64,000 bases of DNA from an uncultured delta proteobacterium (GTDB lineage: Bacteria; Desulfobacterota; Zymogenia; Zymogenales; Zymogenaceae), in the NCBI GenBank assembly GCA_963809875.1, contig CAWELC010000005.1, positions 152,836 to 216,835 on the forward strand, given 5' to 3'. The position numbers and the translations under genes are program-made. Shown one piece after another: positions 11,049-22,183 of this stretch; within the stretch, counting starts at the first letter, position 1; every line of letters starts with the position of its first letter. The notes below the pieces were generated by a model, which searched no databases, had not been told where the DNA came from, and saw only the letters and a list, made by a program, of their open reading frames with translations.

Positions 11049-11836
11049 TCAGCTCCTCTCCAGTCCAAGGATGTGGCGCGCCTGGGCGACCGTCGCGACG
11101 GGCCTGCCGAGCGAGCGGGAGATCGACGCGATCTCTTCCACCAGCTCGTGCGTCGTGGCAAGGCCGCCCGACCGCGTATAGGGATAATCCTCGGTGCCGA
11201 CGCGCACGTGGTCGCCCTCCAGGAGGCCGCCGCCAGTATCTTCATCTGGTCCTCGTGCATGATGCTCACGGTCACGGCCGAGCCCGGGGGAAGCAGTCTC
11301 TTCCGGTAGAGGTATTCCTCGACGGTGGGCGGGGACCACGTGCCTCCCGGCCAGCCGAAGAAGAGGGTCGTGATGTACGGCGGCCGGACCAGACCTTTAT
11401 CGATCAGGTAGTTCAGGTTCCATATCGAGCCGGCGTGCCAGACCTCGAACTCGGGCGCGACGCCGTATTGCGCGCAGAGCGCGGCGTACTGCTCGAGCTC
11501 CTGTTTGGAGTGAAGCTTGAGGCAATCCAGCCGGGCGAAGGCCTCGTCGTGGTGATTCAGGATGATGGAGATCTCATCGGATTTCTCCCTGAAGACGTCC
11601 ATGCGCTCGTCTATCTCGAGGCTCGACATGCCGCTCTGAACGATGATATCGGTTGCTCCGCGAACGGCCCGGATGACCTCGATCCACTGCCCCTCGGCGT
11701 GGGTGTGCAGCACCGACGCGCCGCGCTCCCTGCACAGCACTGCTTCTCGGGCGATGTCGTCCGGCGTCGTGGGGAACTTGACTTCGGGCTTCAACCAGCA
11801 GGTATTGGGTGTGGCGACGATAATAAGGGGATCCAT
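11049..11836 (-). CDS. BKACE family (3-keto-5-aminohexanoate cleavage enzyme-like, DUF849) protein, apparent frameshift near 11215
   Basis: The N-terminal part (IIVATPNTCWL...H.H) is in ORF 11042..11836. The C-terminal part (GGLLEGDHVRVGTEDYPY...GRPVAT) is in ORF 11049..11339. A 1-nt indel sits in a GCGGCGGC run. Confidence 0.65.
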
Positions 11837-11872
11837 TTTCTGTCTCCTGTCCCGATTTCATCGGTGGGTCAA

Positions 11873-14654
11873 TCAGACGCTCAGTATATGTTTGTCCAGC
11901 GAGGTGATCTTCCGACATCCTGATGCGGTGACTACATAACAGTCTTCCACTCCGATGAGCGTCCTGTCGTAAGGCTCCCACGCCTCGATCTCAAATACCA
12001 TGTTTTCTTCAAAGGGACGGTCCAGCACCGAGAGCGGACCGAACAAATGCTGCTCCTCGCATTCCAGGCCGATGCTGTGCCCCACCGCAAACGTCATCCC
12101 TTCGGACTTCTTGGACTGGTAGAAGGCCGTGGCCTCGGCGTTGAGCTCCTTGATGTTCACTCCCGGTTTGACGTGCCCTTCGTAATACTCCTGGAGCATG
12201 ATAAGCCGATCGATGCTCTCGGCTGCGCCTTTCGGAACAGGACCCAGGACGACATGGCGATTCACGTCGGCGACGTATCCCTGGTACACCGCGCCAAAAT
12301 CAAACCGCGCTATGTCACCCTTCTTGAGGACCGTCCCGATACCAGGGGCCTCGGGGTCCGAATCGCCGATGGAGAGCGTCAGATGATCCCATACCTCGGC
12401 TCCCTGTTCTATCATGGTCTTCCGTGCAATCATGAGAAAGTCGTTATCGGTCATTCCTTCAGCGGAGGCCTTGATACAGGCGGTGATCGCCTTTTCGGTG
12501 ATCTGTGTGGCTATCTCTATCCGGCGTATCTCCTCGTCCGTCTTGATGAGACGCATTTCCAAAAGTGCCTCGTCGGCCGTCACGATTTCGGGGGCCGCCT
12601 TCTGCCGCGCGAGATAGTCCAGGATATACTTCGGGCCCAGCGATTCCATGCCGATCCTTCCGCCTTCCATGCCCCATTTCTTTATCTTTGCCCCTATGGC
12701 CCGGCAGGTCTCTTTGGGCCCGATCGTCCCCCTATGATCGGCGATCCACGAGAACCTATCCACACTCTGGAAGAGGGCCCAGTTGAACAGGGCGCAGTCG
12801 CCGTCACGGTTGATCATCGCAACGGTCGGGTACTGGTTGTTCAGCGCGAAGAGGATCGGATTGGGGCTGGCGTGCAGCGTCGGCATGCCGCTGGCGTAGA
12901 AGACGTTGACGGGCGTGGTCGCGATCAGGATATCCACGTCAAGCCTGTTGAGGATCTCCTTTATTCGGGTTCGATTAAAACCGATCGGGTTCATACGCTT
13001 CACCTCGGGAAGTTGTCTGTTGATGGGGACATGATCGGCAAGCGCCTCAAGGATGCTTCTCGTGCCCGCGCTCTTGGCCACCGCCGAAAGGTCGTCCCGG
13101 GTAGCCGCCTTGCCCGTCTCTGCGGAGAGGTAGCCCATCAGCACCGCCGCGATGGCGTTTTTTGCCTGCTCGGGGGTGAACTCCGGCTCCCGGTCTTCCA
13201 GGATGCACCGCGCGAAATACTCATCCTCGTTTCGCGCCGAGATGTTGTAGTAGAGGGGGAAGGGGGCATGCTCAATCTCGGGCTCGAACCACTGGTTCTT
13301 GTTCTCCCCCGCGGCGTCCTGGCTCGAAAAGATGCGGACCGGCCTGTCCCACATATGGTTTTCGAGGATTGTCCCCCTGGTACCGTAGATCTCCATGCTG
13401 TTAAAGGGCTGGGTCATCTGGGTGAAGCTCACGACAACCTCGCCGACGGCGCCTTTCGAGAACCGGACCATCGACAGGGCGTTGTCCTCCGCCTTCTCGG
13501 GAAGATTGGTCGCCTGTTTGGCGAGCAATGCCGTGACCGACTCAACCTCGTCCTCGAGGACCCACTGGAGGGTCGCGAATTTATGCGCCCCCATATCCAT
13601 GAACGAGCCGCCGCCCGCCTTGATGGGGTCGCCTTTCCAGAAATCGGGCTGCGTCATCCCTTCGATCTCATCCACCCCTTCGTAGGCCCTCACGAGAAGG
13701 ACGTCGCCGACCAGCCCCTGCTGTATGGCGTCATGGATATACTGATGGGCCGGCAGGAAGCGGTGGTTTTCCGCGATCATGAGCTTCACCCCGGCCTTTC
13801 GGGCCGCCTGTATCATCGCGTCGCAATCCTCCAGGGTCGTGGCCATGGGTTTCTCGCACAGGATGTGTTTGCCCGCCGCGGCTACCCGCGACACCAACTC
13901 CGCGTGAAAGACGTGCGGCACCATAATGAGGACCGCCTCGATATCGCTACCCAGGAACTCCTTCAAATCGCCGTAGGCCTCCATCTTGTTGGCTTTGTAG
14001 CGCTTGGCGACCTTCTCGGCGAGCTTCCGGTTCTTGTCGTAGACGGCCACGAACGTCAGGTAGGGCGAGCCGGCGCATGCCGCGCTGTGGAAACCCCACG
14101 CACTGCCCGCGCCGATCACCCCGAATTTAACCTGCCTCGTATCCGGACCGCCCTTCCTTTTTCCCGGGGCACCCTCCGAGAGGGGCCGGCCCGCCGTGTA
14201 GGGAGAGCCCGCCGGTGCGATATCCAGCTCGGAGAATACCAATTCGACCAGCGCCCCGAACTTGATGGCGTCCGGGAGATTCCCGTCTATTTTGAATTGC
14301 CCGTTCATGTAAGCGGCCGTTGCGTCGGCCTGGCCGGTAAAAATGCCCGCGGCAAGCGCGGCCTCCATTTCCAGCGTGATATCCGGCGCTTGGACCTCAC
14401 CCTGCGCCCATCTCGAAGGTCTGATCCCGGATAACGAGATAAACGGGGCCGTAACCCTTGAGATTGAACTGGAACTTCCGGTCGAATCCGTCGACCTCAT
14501 CCCTGGTCTCGTCAAGATCGTTGGCAACCTGGACGAAGAGCGTGAAGTAGTCCGGAAGATCCCGTTGCCCGAAGGTCCCCGCCTCGAGCTTCTCCACGAC
14601 GGCCTGTTTTAACGACTCATCGACTTTCTGCGTTTTGTCTGCTTTCCATCCCAT
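11873..14654 (-). CDS. Three-domain fusion: SCP2 sterol-carrier-like + Gfo/Idh/MocA oxidoreductase + M24 (creatinase/Xaa-Pro aminopeptidase-like) peptidase; frameshift near 14405
   Basis: The 884-aa ORF is continuous through the Gfo (KFGVIGAGSAWG..EKP) and M24 (creatinase_N plus a pita-bread C-terminal domain) regions. The SCP2 N-terminus MGWKADK.. lies in ORF 14397..14711 in another frame. Start 14654 has a GGAGGT RBS. Confidence 0.5.
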
Positions 14655-14747
14655 GATTCCGTATACCTCCTGCCTCTCTCCTGTATGGTGGCCGGTTGAA
14701 AGACATTCCATCGGCCGTTTGCGCCGCGTGCGCGGCGTTTAAGTGCG

Positions 14748-15875
14748 TCACACGGAGACAATCTCGCGCGCCATCCCGGTGAGCCGTACCGGCGCGGCAT
14801 CGGTTGTGAGGAAGGTCTCCTCGTCGCCGACCTCCACCCCCTCTTCGTAGCCGGTGTAGAGCTCGATGTTGATGACCATTCCGGGCTGAAGGGTAAGATC
14901 CGTCCCGCTGTAGAGCCACACCTCCTCGGTTGCAAGCCCCATGGAATGGCCCACGTTGATGATGAACGGGCTCAGCCCGTTCTTCTCATAGAGAGCCGTT
15001 GCCGCCTCATGCAGCTGCTTTGCCGTCGTGCCGGCCACGAGCATCGTGCCGATCTCATCCACGATTTGGCACATCGTGGCGTGAAGATTGGCCAGCTTAT
15101 CCGGGACGATGCCTGTGTAGGCGTGCCTGCGGATGTCGGATGCGTAGCCGTAGAGGCTTGCCCCGATGTCGATGGCGACGAGCCTCTCCTTTTGGAGGGT
15201 TTCGTCGATGGAGACCTCGGGGTTGGAAGTGCCGAAGGAGATGGTCGTGTGGCCGACGCCGGTGGCGCCGTTTCTGATCATCCGGTACTTGGCTTCCTGG
15301 ATCAGCTCGGGACGGCCCATGCCGGGCCGGACGATCGTCAGGAGCTCGCCCATGGTCGCCTCCGCGACGGCGGTGCTCTTCTTGATCATCTGGATCTCCT
15401 GGGGAGATTTGATGATCCGAAGCGACAGCATGATATCGTCGATGACCGCGAGGTCCTTCGGCCTGCCTTCCTGTTGGATGATCCGGACGGCAAACCACGG
15501 GCAGGTCGATTCGACGCCGACGCGCTTGCCCCCGAGGGCGCGGGCGACGATGAGATTTTTCAGCACATCGACCGCTCCCTTGAGATCGATGTAGACCTCG
15601 ACGTGATCCGCGGCGTACTCGACGCCGCTTAGTATCGCGCCCACCCACGCCACGAGCGTTACGCGGCCGTCGGCCTCGATGAAAGCGAAGAAGGGAAATT
15701 GGTTTTTCAATGCGTAGAGGATCGGGTTACCGCTGGCCGGCATACACGGGTAGCCGGTGGTATACAGGACGTTCTCGGGTGTGGAAAGGACAATTGCATC
15801 GATATTTTTGTCTTTCATCAACGCGATGAGCCGCGACCGATCCAATCCGATGGCATGAAATTTTGCGGGTATCAT
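14748..15875 (-). CDS. M24 family metallopeptidase (creatinase/prolidase-like)
   Basis: 375 aa. An N-terminal creatinase-like domain, then a C-terminal pita-bread domain with a His/Asp/Glu metal-ligand pattern (..HSMGL..). It is a paralog of the C-terminal domain of the neighbouring fusion gene. Confidence 0.75.
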   Translation of the reverse strand: MIPAKFHAIGLDRSRLIALMKDKNIDAIVLSTPENVLYTTGYPCMPASGNPILYALKNQFPFFAFIEADGRVTLVAWVGAILSGVEYAADHVEVYIDLKGAVDVLKNLIVARALGGKRVGVESTCPWFAVRIIQQEGRPKDLAVIDDIMLSLRIIKSPQEIQMIKKSTAVAEATMGELLTIVRPGMGRPELIQEAKYRMIRNGATGVGHTTISFGTSNPEVSIDETLQKERLVAIDIGASLYGYASDIRRHAYTGIVPDKLANLHATMCQIVDEIGTMLVAGTTAKQLHEAATALYEKNGLSPFIINVGHSMGLATEEVWLYSGTDLTLQPGMVINIELYTGYEEGVEVGDEETFLTTDAAPVRLTGMAREIVSV

Positions 15876-16148
15876 ACGAAACCTCTCCGATTACGCAAGC
15901 GGCCGGGACCCGATAATTGGATATTTGGTCATACCAATGTACATATCGTTTTCTCTTTTCCTTGTCAAGATAAAAGTGCGTGCCGGAATGAACTAAGAAA
16001 AGATGCGGCTGCGTCCCCCCGTGACGGCTCACGCGGGGCGATGGGCAAGGCAACGATCCGGCAAGAGTTCAATGGATCTGCGCGAAATGCGGATAAGATG
16101 TCGAGAAAAACGCTTGAGGTAGAGAAGAGGTATCCTCGACCAATTTTC

Positions 16149-16177
16149 TTGACTTCATTGTTGCAATGGTCTATGTT
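16149..16177 (+). promoter_or_regulatory. Candidate sigma70-type promoter for the IclR gene (-35 TTGACT, 17-nt spacer, -10 TATGTT)
   Basis: TTGACT at 16149-16154 and TATGTT at 16172-16177. They lie in the 360-bp divergent intergenic region, about 60 nt upstream of the IclR start. Confidence 0.4.
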
Positions 16178-16237
16178 CGGCAATATCATATCATGTTCGA
16201 TATCGTTGAACAGCGCCCGCCAGGGAGATATTCGCAG

Positions 16238-17032
16238 ATGAGTGTCCAGTCGGTACGCAAGGCCATCGATATACTTTCCCTCTTTTCCCACACCAGACCG
16301 CAGTTGGGGATCACCGAGATCAGCAAGGACATCGGTTTGCCGAAGGCTACGGTTCACGGCATCGTAAAGACCCTCGTCCAGCAGGGATTCCTCACGCAGG
16401 ACGCGGCGACGAACAGATACAGCCTCGGTCTCAGAATCTACGAGCTTGGAACCATCCTTTCCGGCACCCTTAAGATAAACCTCGTCGGTCACGGGCCCGT
16501 CCACCGTCTCGCGCAGAAACATTCCGTCATGGTACGGCTCGCCCTCTGGGACCACGGGAGCGCATTCGTCACGATGAACCGTTTCCCCTCGACCGAGGTG
16601 ACGCAGACGCAGCTGTTGGGTCCCCGGATTCCCGCCTATTGTACGGCCCTCGGCAAGTCGATGCTCGCGTTTCTCTCACCGGATGAACAGTATAGGTATC
16701 TCGAAAATACGGAGCTTGCGCCCTACACACCCCAGACCATCGTAAGCAGGCCCGCGCTTATAGAAGAATTGGACCTCACAAAAAAACGGGGGTATGCGAT
16801 GGACTGTCAGGAATACGTCCCGGGACATTTCTGCATCGGCGCACCCATATTTAACCGAACCGGTCTCGCGATAGCCGCCGTCAGCCTTTCGGTGCAACCG
16901 CCGGAGCTCATCGAGGAGCTCCCTTGTGTACTCGTGCAGGACCTGATCCAGTCCTCGGTCGAAATCTCGATGTCCATGGGCTACGCGGCCGAGGCGGCTT
17001 CCCGGGGGATGTCGACCGGGGCGCTGCTGTAG
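16238..17032 (+). CDS. IclR family transcriptional regulator
   Basis: Start trimmed to MSVQSVRKAIDIL, with a GGGAGA RBS. N-terminal HTH, then an IclR effector domain. Divergent from the minus-strand catabolic operon. Confidence 0.8.
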   Translation: MSVQSVRKAIDILSLFSHTRPQLGITEISKDIGLPKATVHGIVKTLVQQGFLTQDAATNRYSLGLRIYELGTILSGTLKINLVGHGPVHRLAQKHSVMVRLALWDHGSAFVTMNRFPSTEVTQTQLLGPRIPAYCTALGKSMLAFLSPDEQYRYLENTELAPYTPQTIVSRPALIEELDLTKKRGYAMDCQEYVPGHFCIGAPIFNRTGLAIAAVSLSVQPPELIEELPCVLVQDLIQSSVEISMSMGYAAEAASRGMSTGALL

Positions 17033-17250
17033 GGTAAGGCGATAGACCGGTGTGTCAGGATGGTTTGCCCACGATGAGCCTAAGAGCCCCGGGGAACTGC
17101 GGCGCGGTTGCCGCGCGCAAAAACTGAAATGAACGTAAGAGACTTTATCGTGTGATAGACGTGATAGAATATATGAGCAAGTGGTGACGGCGTTGATCAC
17201 GGAGTTAGGGATTGTCCTTTGAGAAATGGGTATTTAAAAGGAGGTTCCTT

Positions 17251-17721
17251 ATGGCTGATCAAAGCAAAGCGCGGCCCTGGATGTCGGTGGTGTTTGGTTT
17301 CGTAGCCGGTTTCCTGGCCACCCTGATCTTTCATCAACTGGTGCTGGCCTTGCTCCACGCAGTGGGCCTGGCATCCTACGAGCCATTCTCGATGGCGGCA
17401 ACGCGACCGTTCGGGGTGCCGGCGGTGATCTCTCTCTCATTCTGGGGGGGTGTCTGGGGCATCTTATTTGCCCTGGTAGACCGCTGGTTTCCGCGCGGGT
17501 TCGGTTACTGGGTAACGGCCTTTCTATTTGGCGCTGTTCTCGCCTCACTGGTCGCCCTCTTGATGGTGCTGCCGATGAAGGGACAACCCATGGGCGGTGG
17601 CTGGAAGCTGCCTCTGCTCGTGACCGCATTTATTGCCAACGGCTCCTGGGGAGTCGGCACGGGTGTCTTCCTCAAGGTATTACGGAACTGGTTTGGGAAG
17701 AAGCCGAAGGGGAAGAAATAG
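17251..17721 (+). CDS. Hypothetical small membrane protein (4 predicted TM helices)
   Basis: ATG at 17251 follows AAAGGAGG. The product is hydrophobic with a lysine-rich C-terminus. No recognised family. Confidence 0.45.
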   Translation: MADQSKARPWMSVVFGFVAGFLATLIFHQLVLALLHAVGLASYEPFSMAATRPFGVPAVISLSFWGGVWGILFALVDRWFPRGFGYWVTAFLFGAVLASLVALLMVLPMKGQPMGGGWKLPLLVTAFIANGSWGVGTGVFLKVLRNWFGKKPKGKK

Positions 17722-17991
17722 AGCGAATCGATGACGTGATAAGCGCCGAGCCTGGATTGTGCGTGACGTATCTTCGACCGGCGGTTTCTGCGAGTCCGAT
17801 GCCGACGTAACGCGGCTCCTTTGCCGGGAGAGAGCGACTCCTCGTACGATTGACGGCGGCACGGAGACGATCCTTCAACGGTAGCCGACAGGGGTTCTTT
17901 CACTTGCGCGGGGGCGCCGACCGGGCGCCCCCATCTCATTATGTCCAAGAGCGAACGATATGTGTCGTGACCTGCCATCAGAGGGGAATAT

Positions 17992-19641
17992 ATGAAGAAG
18001 CCAAAAAGCCAGCCGATCTTTGACGAGAGGGATTTCCCGGTGAGCCTCGCGCGGCTTGCCATCATGAGCGGCACGGGGGTGGATATCGAAGAGCTCAAGG
18101 AAAAACCGATCATCGCCGTGGTGAACTCCCACACGGAGTTCAACCCCGGACACATGCACCTGAATCTCCTGGCCCAGCGCGTCAAAGAGGGCGTCCATGC
18201 GGCCGGCGGTATCCCCTTCGAATTCAACGTCCCGGCGCCCTGCGACGGCTTTTCCGAGGGAAACGAGGGGATGCGTTTTATCCTCCCCCAGCGCGAGCTG
18301 ATCGCCGATACCGTGGAGACCCATGTGCGCAGTATGCTCTACGATGGAATGGTCATGATCGCAAGCTGCGACAAGATTATCCCCGGAATGATCATGGCTG
18401 CGGCGCGGCTGGATCTTCCGACCGTGTTCCTGACCGGCGGCCCGGGTGAATTTCAGATCCGATACAAGCCGGTGATGAAGAAAGTCGGCAGCATCAATAA
18501 TAAGGATTACCCCGACCTTCTCGATAAGATCGCATCCGTCACGTGCGCCACGTGCGGTTCCTGCGAGTTCATGGGAACGGCAAACACGTTCCAGTGCCTC
18601 GTGGAGGCCATGGGCCTGACCATTCCCGGCTCGGCCAGCGTCCCGGCATATCACGCCGAAAAACTCCGGTTCGCCCGAAAGGCGGGAAAGCGGGTGGTCG
18701 AGATGGTCGCGGAAGGATTCGGGGCGCGCAAGATTCTGACGAAAAAGGCGCTCATAAACGCCCTGATTGTCGACCTGGCGATCGGCGGCTCGACCAATAC
18801 GACACTGCACCTGCCGGCCATCGCGCGTCAGCTCGGGATCGACCTTCCGCTGTCGACATTCAACGACTATAACAAAAAGGTCCCGACGCTGTGCGGCTTT
18901 GCGCCCAGCGGCCCGCACGGTGTCCAGGACCTGTACCGGGCCGGAGGAGTTCCGGCGGTAATGAAGGTGCTCAAGGACTTCCTCTACCTGGACGCACTGA
19001 CGGTGACGGGCAAGACCGTCGGCGATGTCGTCGGTGAGGCCCAGGTCCTGGACGATACCGTTATCCGGGATCTGAAGAAGCCCTTCTTCCCCGAGGGTGG
19101 TACCGTCATCCTCACCGGTAACCTCGCCCCCGAGGGCGCCGTCGTGAAACAGTCGGCGGTCGAGCCCGATATGCTCACCTTTACGGGCAGGGCGCTCGTG
19201 TTTGAGTCGGAGTCCGACTGCCTTGCCGCGATCAGAGAGAAAAAGATCGCGTCCGACAGCGTCTGCATTATCCGGAACGAGGGGCCGAAAGGGGGACCGG
19301 GGATGCCGGAGACCCTGGCGGTGACGATCGGGCTTGCCCTGTCCGGCGTCCAGCGCGTCGCCCTCGTCACCGACGGGAGGTTTTCCGGGGCAAGCTCCGG
19401 GCCGTGTATCGGGCACGTATCGCCCGAGGCGGCCGACGGCGGGCCGATCGCGGCCGTAAAGGACGGCGACGAGATCGTCATCGATATTCCCAACCGGAGG
19501 CTTGACGTAAAGCTCAACGACGAGGAGATCCGCGCCCGTCTCAGCCAATACCGGCCGCCGACGCGTGAGGTCCCTGTGGGGTTCATGCGGCGATATGTGA
19601 AGCTGGTGAGCTCCGCCGCGAGGGGGGCGGTGCTCGAGTAA
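17992..19641 (+). CDS. IlvD/EDD family dehydratase (dihydroxy-acid / sugar-acid dehydratase)
   Basis: 549 aa with a GAGGGG RBS. Family motifs CDK(I/N)xPG, and Cys ligands in SCEFMGTAN. Confidence 0.8.
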   Translation: MKKPKSQPIFDERDFPVSLARLAIMSGTGVDIEELKEKPIIAVVNSHTEFNPGHMHLNLLAQRVKEGVHAAGGIPFEFNVPAPCDGFSEGNEGMRFILPQRELIADTVETHVRSMLYDGMVMIASCDKIIPGMIMAAARLDLPTVFLTGGPGEFQIRYKPVMKKVGSINNKDYPDLLDKIASVTCATCGSCEFMGTANTFQCLVEAMGLTIPGSASVPAYHAEKLRFARKAGKRVVEMVAEGFGARKILTKKALINALIVDLAIGGSTNTTLHLPAIARQLGIDLPLSTFNDYNKKVPTLCGFAPSGPHGVQDLYRAGGVPAVMKVLKDFLYLDALTVTGKTVGDVVGEAQVLDDTVIRDLKKPFFPEGGTVILTGNLAPEGAVVKQSAVEPDMLTFTGRALVFESESDCLAAIREKKIASDSVCIIRNEGPKGGPGMPETLAVTIGLALSGVQRVALVTDGRFSGASSGPCIGHVSPEAADGGPIAAVKDGDEIVIDIPNRRLDVKLNDEEIRARLSQYRPPTREVPVGFMRRYVKLVSSAARGAVLE

Positions 19642-19752
19642 GGGGGAGACGCCATGGCATGCACGATATCTGTTTTGTAGAGGAGGGGATCGAGTCCGGA
19701 GGGCCGTCGCTTGTTCACGGTGAAATAGGGAGGGTTCGAGACATGGTACTTC

Positions 19753-21015
19753 GTGAGTTTGCCGCCCTGCGGAGATTCCTGCGATATTTCAGCCGACATT
19801 GTGAGGTACGCCGTGAAATCCATCTATTTTGACGTGAGTGTCCCTAAAATCCTTGCGACCAAGGCCCTGGCAGGGCTGCTGCCCTTCATCTACTACTCGC
19901 CCCTCTCGCCGGTCGGCTTTTCGGATATCCCCGAGCAGAAGCTCCCCGGCAAGAATTGGGTTCGGGTCAAATCGAACATGACCGGCATCTGCGGGGCCGA
20001 TATCGCGATGTTCTTCGTCAAGGCCAGCCCCCGGATATCGATTGCGGCCCTGCCGGGGGTACCCCGGGCCTTCATGGGACACGAGGTGGTGGGAACGGTG
20101 GTCGAGAAAGGTCCGGGAGTAACGGGCCTTGCCACCGGTGACCGGGTGATCCTCGAGCGCTATCTCCCGTGTTGTTCCACCAAGGAGATCGACCCTCCGT
20201 GCGGGCCGTGTAAAGCGGGCAACTACACGCTCTGCGAGAACTTCTCCGAAGGGAAGCTGCCGCCGAACCTCGGAGCGGGATTTTCGGAACATTTCCTGGC
20301 CCATAAGACACAGCTCGTCAAGGTGCCGAAGGACATCACCGACGACCAGGCGGTGCTTGTCGAGCCGACGGCCGTCTCCCTTCACGCGGTGCTCAGTCGG
20401 CTCCCCAGGAAGGGGGAGAAGGTGCTCGTCATCGGCGCGGGCACCATCGGGCTGGGGGTCATCCAGATCGCAAAGGCGCTGGGCCCCGACTTCACCCTCT
20501 ATGTCCTCGAAAAGATCCCCTTCAAGAAGAAGCTCGCCATAAAATACGGCGCCGACAAGGTGCTGGACGGTGATCCCTATGAGGCCATGGCAAAGGCCAC
20601 CGGCGCCAGGCTCTACCGCGGGCCCCTCGGCAACAACACGACGCTGGGGGGATTTGACCTGATCTACGACTGCGTGGGTTACTCGGCAACGATCCACGAC
20701 TCGCTCAGATGGCTCAAGGCTAAAAGCGATTACATCATGATCGGAAACCAGCTTTCCCCCGTGTCCTTTGACCAGACGCCGGTCTGGCAGCAGGAGCTCA
20801 CGATCAAGGGGATCAACGCCCACGGGTCGGAGACCTATCGGGGAAAGAAGTCGAGCTCCTTTGCCCTTGCCATCGAACTGATCAGAAAAAAGAAGATCAA
20901 CGTCAACGGCCTCATCACTCACCGTTTCCCGTTCGCGGACTACAAGGAGGCCTTCAAGCTCGCCAAAGAAAAATCGGGCGACGTGATAAAGGTCGTGCTG
21001 AAGATATCGGCATGA
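19753..21015 (+). CDS. Zinc-dependent alcohol dehydrogenase family (MDR) protein
   Basis: GICGADI..GHE catalytic zinc motif and a GAGTIGLG Rossmann motif. The true start may lie downstream of 19753 (alternative GTG/ATG). Confidence 0.65.
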   Translation: MSLPPCGDSCDISADIVRYAVKSIYFDVSVPKILATKALAGLLPFIYYSPLSPVGFSDIPEQKLPGKNWVRVKSNMTGICGADIAMFFVKASPRISIAALPGVPRAFMGHEVVGTVVEKGPGVTGLATGDRVILERYLPCCSTKEIDPPCGPCKAGNYTLCENFSEGKLPPNLGAGFSEHFLAHKTQLVKVPKDITDDQAVLVEPTAVSLHAVLSRLPRKGEKVLVIGAGTIGLGVIQIAKALGPDFTLYVLEKIPFKKKLAIKYGADKVLDGDPYEAMAKATGARLYRGPLGNNTTLGGFDLIYDCVGYSATIHDSLRWLKAKSDYIMIGNQLSPVSFDQTPVWQQELTIKGINAHGSETYRGKKSSSFALAIELIRKKKINVNGLITHRFPFADYKEAFKLAKEKSGDVIKVVLKISA

Positions 21016-21025
21016 AGGAGGATAT

Positions 21026-22040
21026 ATGAAGGCATTGATGCTCAAGGGCATACGCGATCTGGCGCTCATGGACGTCCCCGTAGCGCCGGTCGGTCCCCGG
21101 GACGTGAAGATCCAGGTCGAGCGAGTGCGGGCTCTGCGGGACGGACCATTCGGTCTACGCGGGTACGCTGGTGCTGCCGGGGAGTTTCCCGTTCTACATG
21201 GGGCACGAGCTTTCCGGGACCGTCAAGGAGGTGGGCAGCGAGGTGAAGGACATCGCGGTGGGCCAGCTCGTTACCACCAACCCCGTGCGCTACTGCGGGG
21301 ATTGCTACCGCTGCCGAAACGGCCAGCAGCATTACTGCGAGCGGCTCTTTGAGCTCTGGAGACCCAACGGGGGTTTCTCTGAGTTCGTCGTGGCCGACCG
21401 CCAGCAGGTCTTCGCCGTGCCGGACGGGATAAAACCAGACGTGGCGTCGTTTGCCGAGCCGGTTTCGGTCTGCATCCACTGCATTGACATGGCCGGCATC
21501 AGGCCCGGCATGACGGTTGCCATTACCGGCGCAGGCCCCATCGGGTTGATCCTTATGCAGCTTGCCCGCTTCTCCGGGGCGTCGATGATCTTCATGACGG
21601 AGCCCGTGGCCTCAAAGCGGAAGCTGGCGCTGAAGCTCGGGGCGGACGTCGTCGTCGATCCCACGAAGGAAGACGTGATCGCTCGGGGCTTCGAGGCGAC
21701 GGGGTTCAAGGGGTTTGACGTTGTGATCGAGGCCTCGGGTAACGCGGCGGCGGCAAACCAGGCGCTGGGGATAACGGGGATGAAGTCCACCCTGTTCTTT
21801 TTTGCCGTCTACCCGGCGGACTTCACCATCCCGATCTCGCCCTTCATCATGTACACCAAAGAGATGACCATCAAGGCGGTCTTCTTCTCTCCCTACACCT
21901 TCCCGCGAGCCATCAACATGCTCGGCAGGCTCGACCTCGTGTCGCTCATTACCCATCGCTTCACGCTTGCCGAGGCACACAAGGCGTTTGACGCCCACGA
22001 GTCGGGGGAGGCGGTCAAGGTCATGGTCAACTGCGGATAG
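21026..22040 (+). CDS. Zinc-dependent alcohol dehydrogenase family (MDR) protein, apparent frameshift near 21125
   Basis: The N-terminal part MKALMLKG..VKIQVERV is in ORF 21026... The rest (CGLCGTDHSVYAG..GHE..GAGPIGL) is in ORF 21171..22040, shifted by one base. Confidence 0.65.
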
Positions 22041-22183
22041 GAGGAGCACGAAACGGCTTCAGGACAAGGTTGCTCTCACCGCGGGGGGAGGCGGCGGGAT
22101 CGAAGGGGCGATCGCGGTCGCCTGCGCGAAAGAGGGGGGGCGGGTTTGCCTCACTCCACTGGGATTCAGCAGGAGGTATCGGT

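Noticed and set aside
17097-17113. GCGCGG-TTGC-CGCGCGC hairpin after the IclR gene as a terminator
   Set aside because: It is followed by an A-run rather than a T-run on the IclR strand, and there is no convergent minus-strand gene ending there. It is probably just a GC palindrome.
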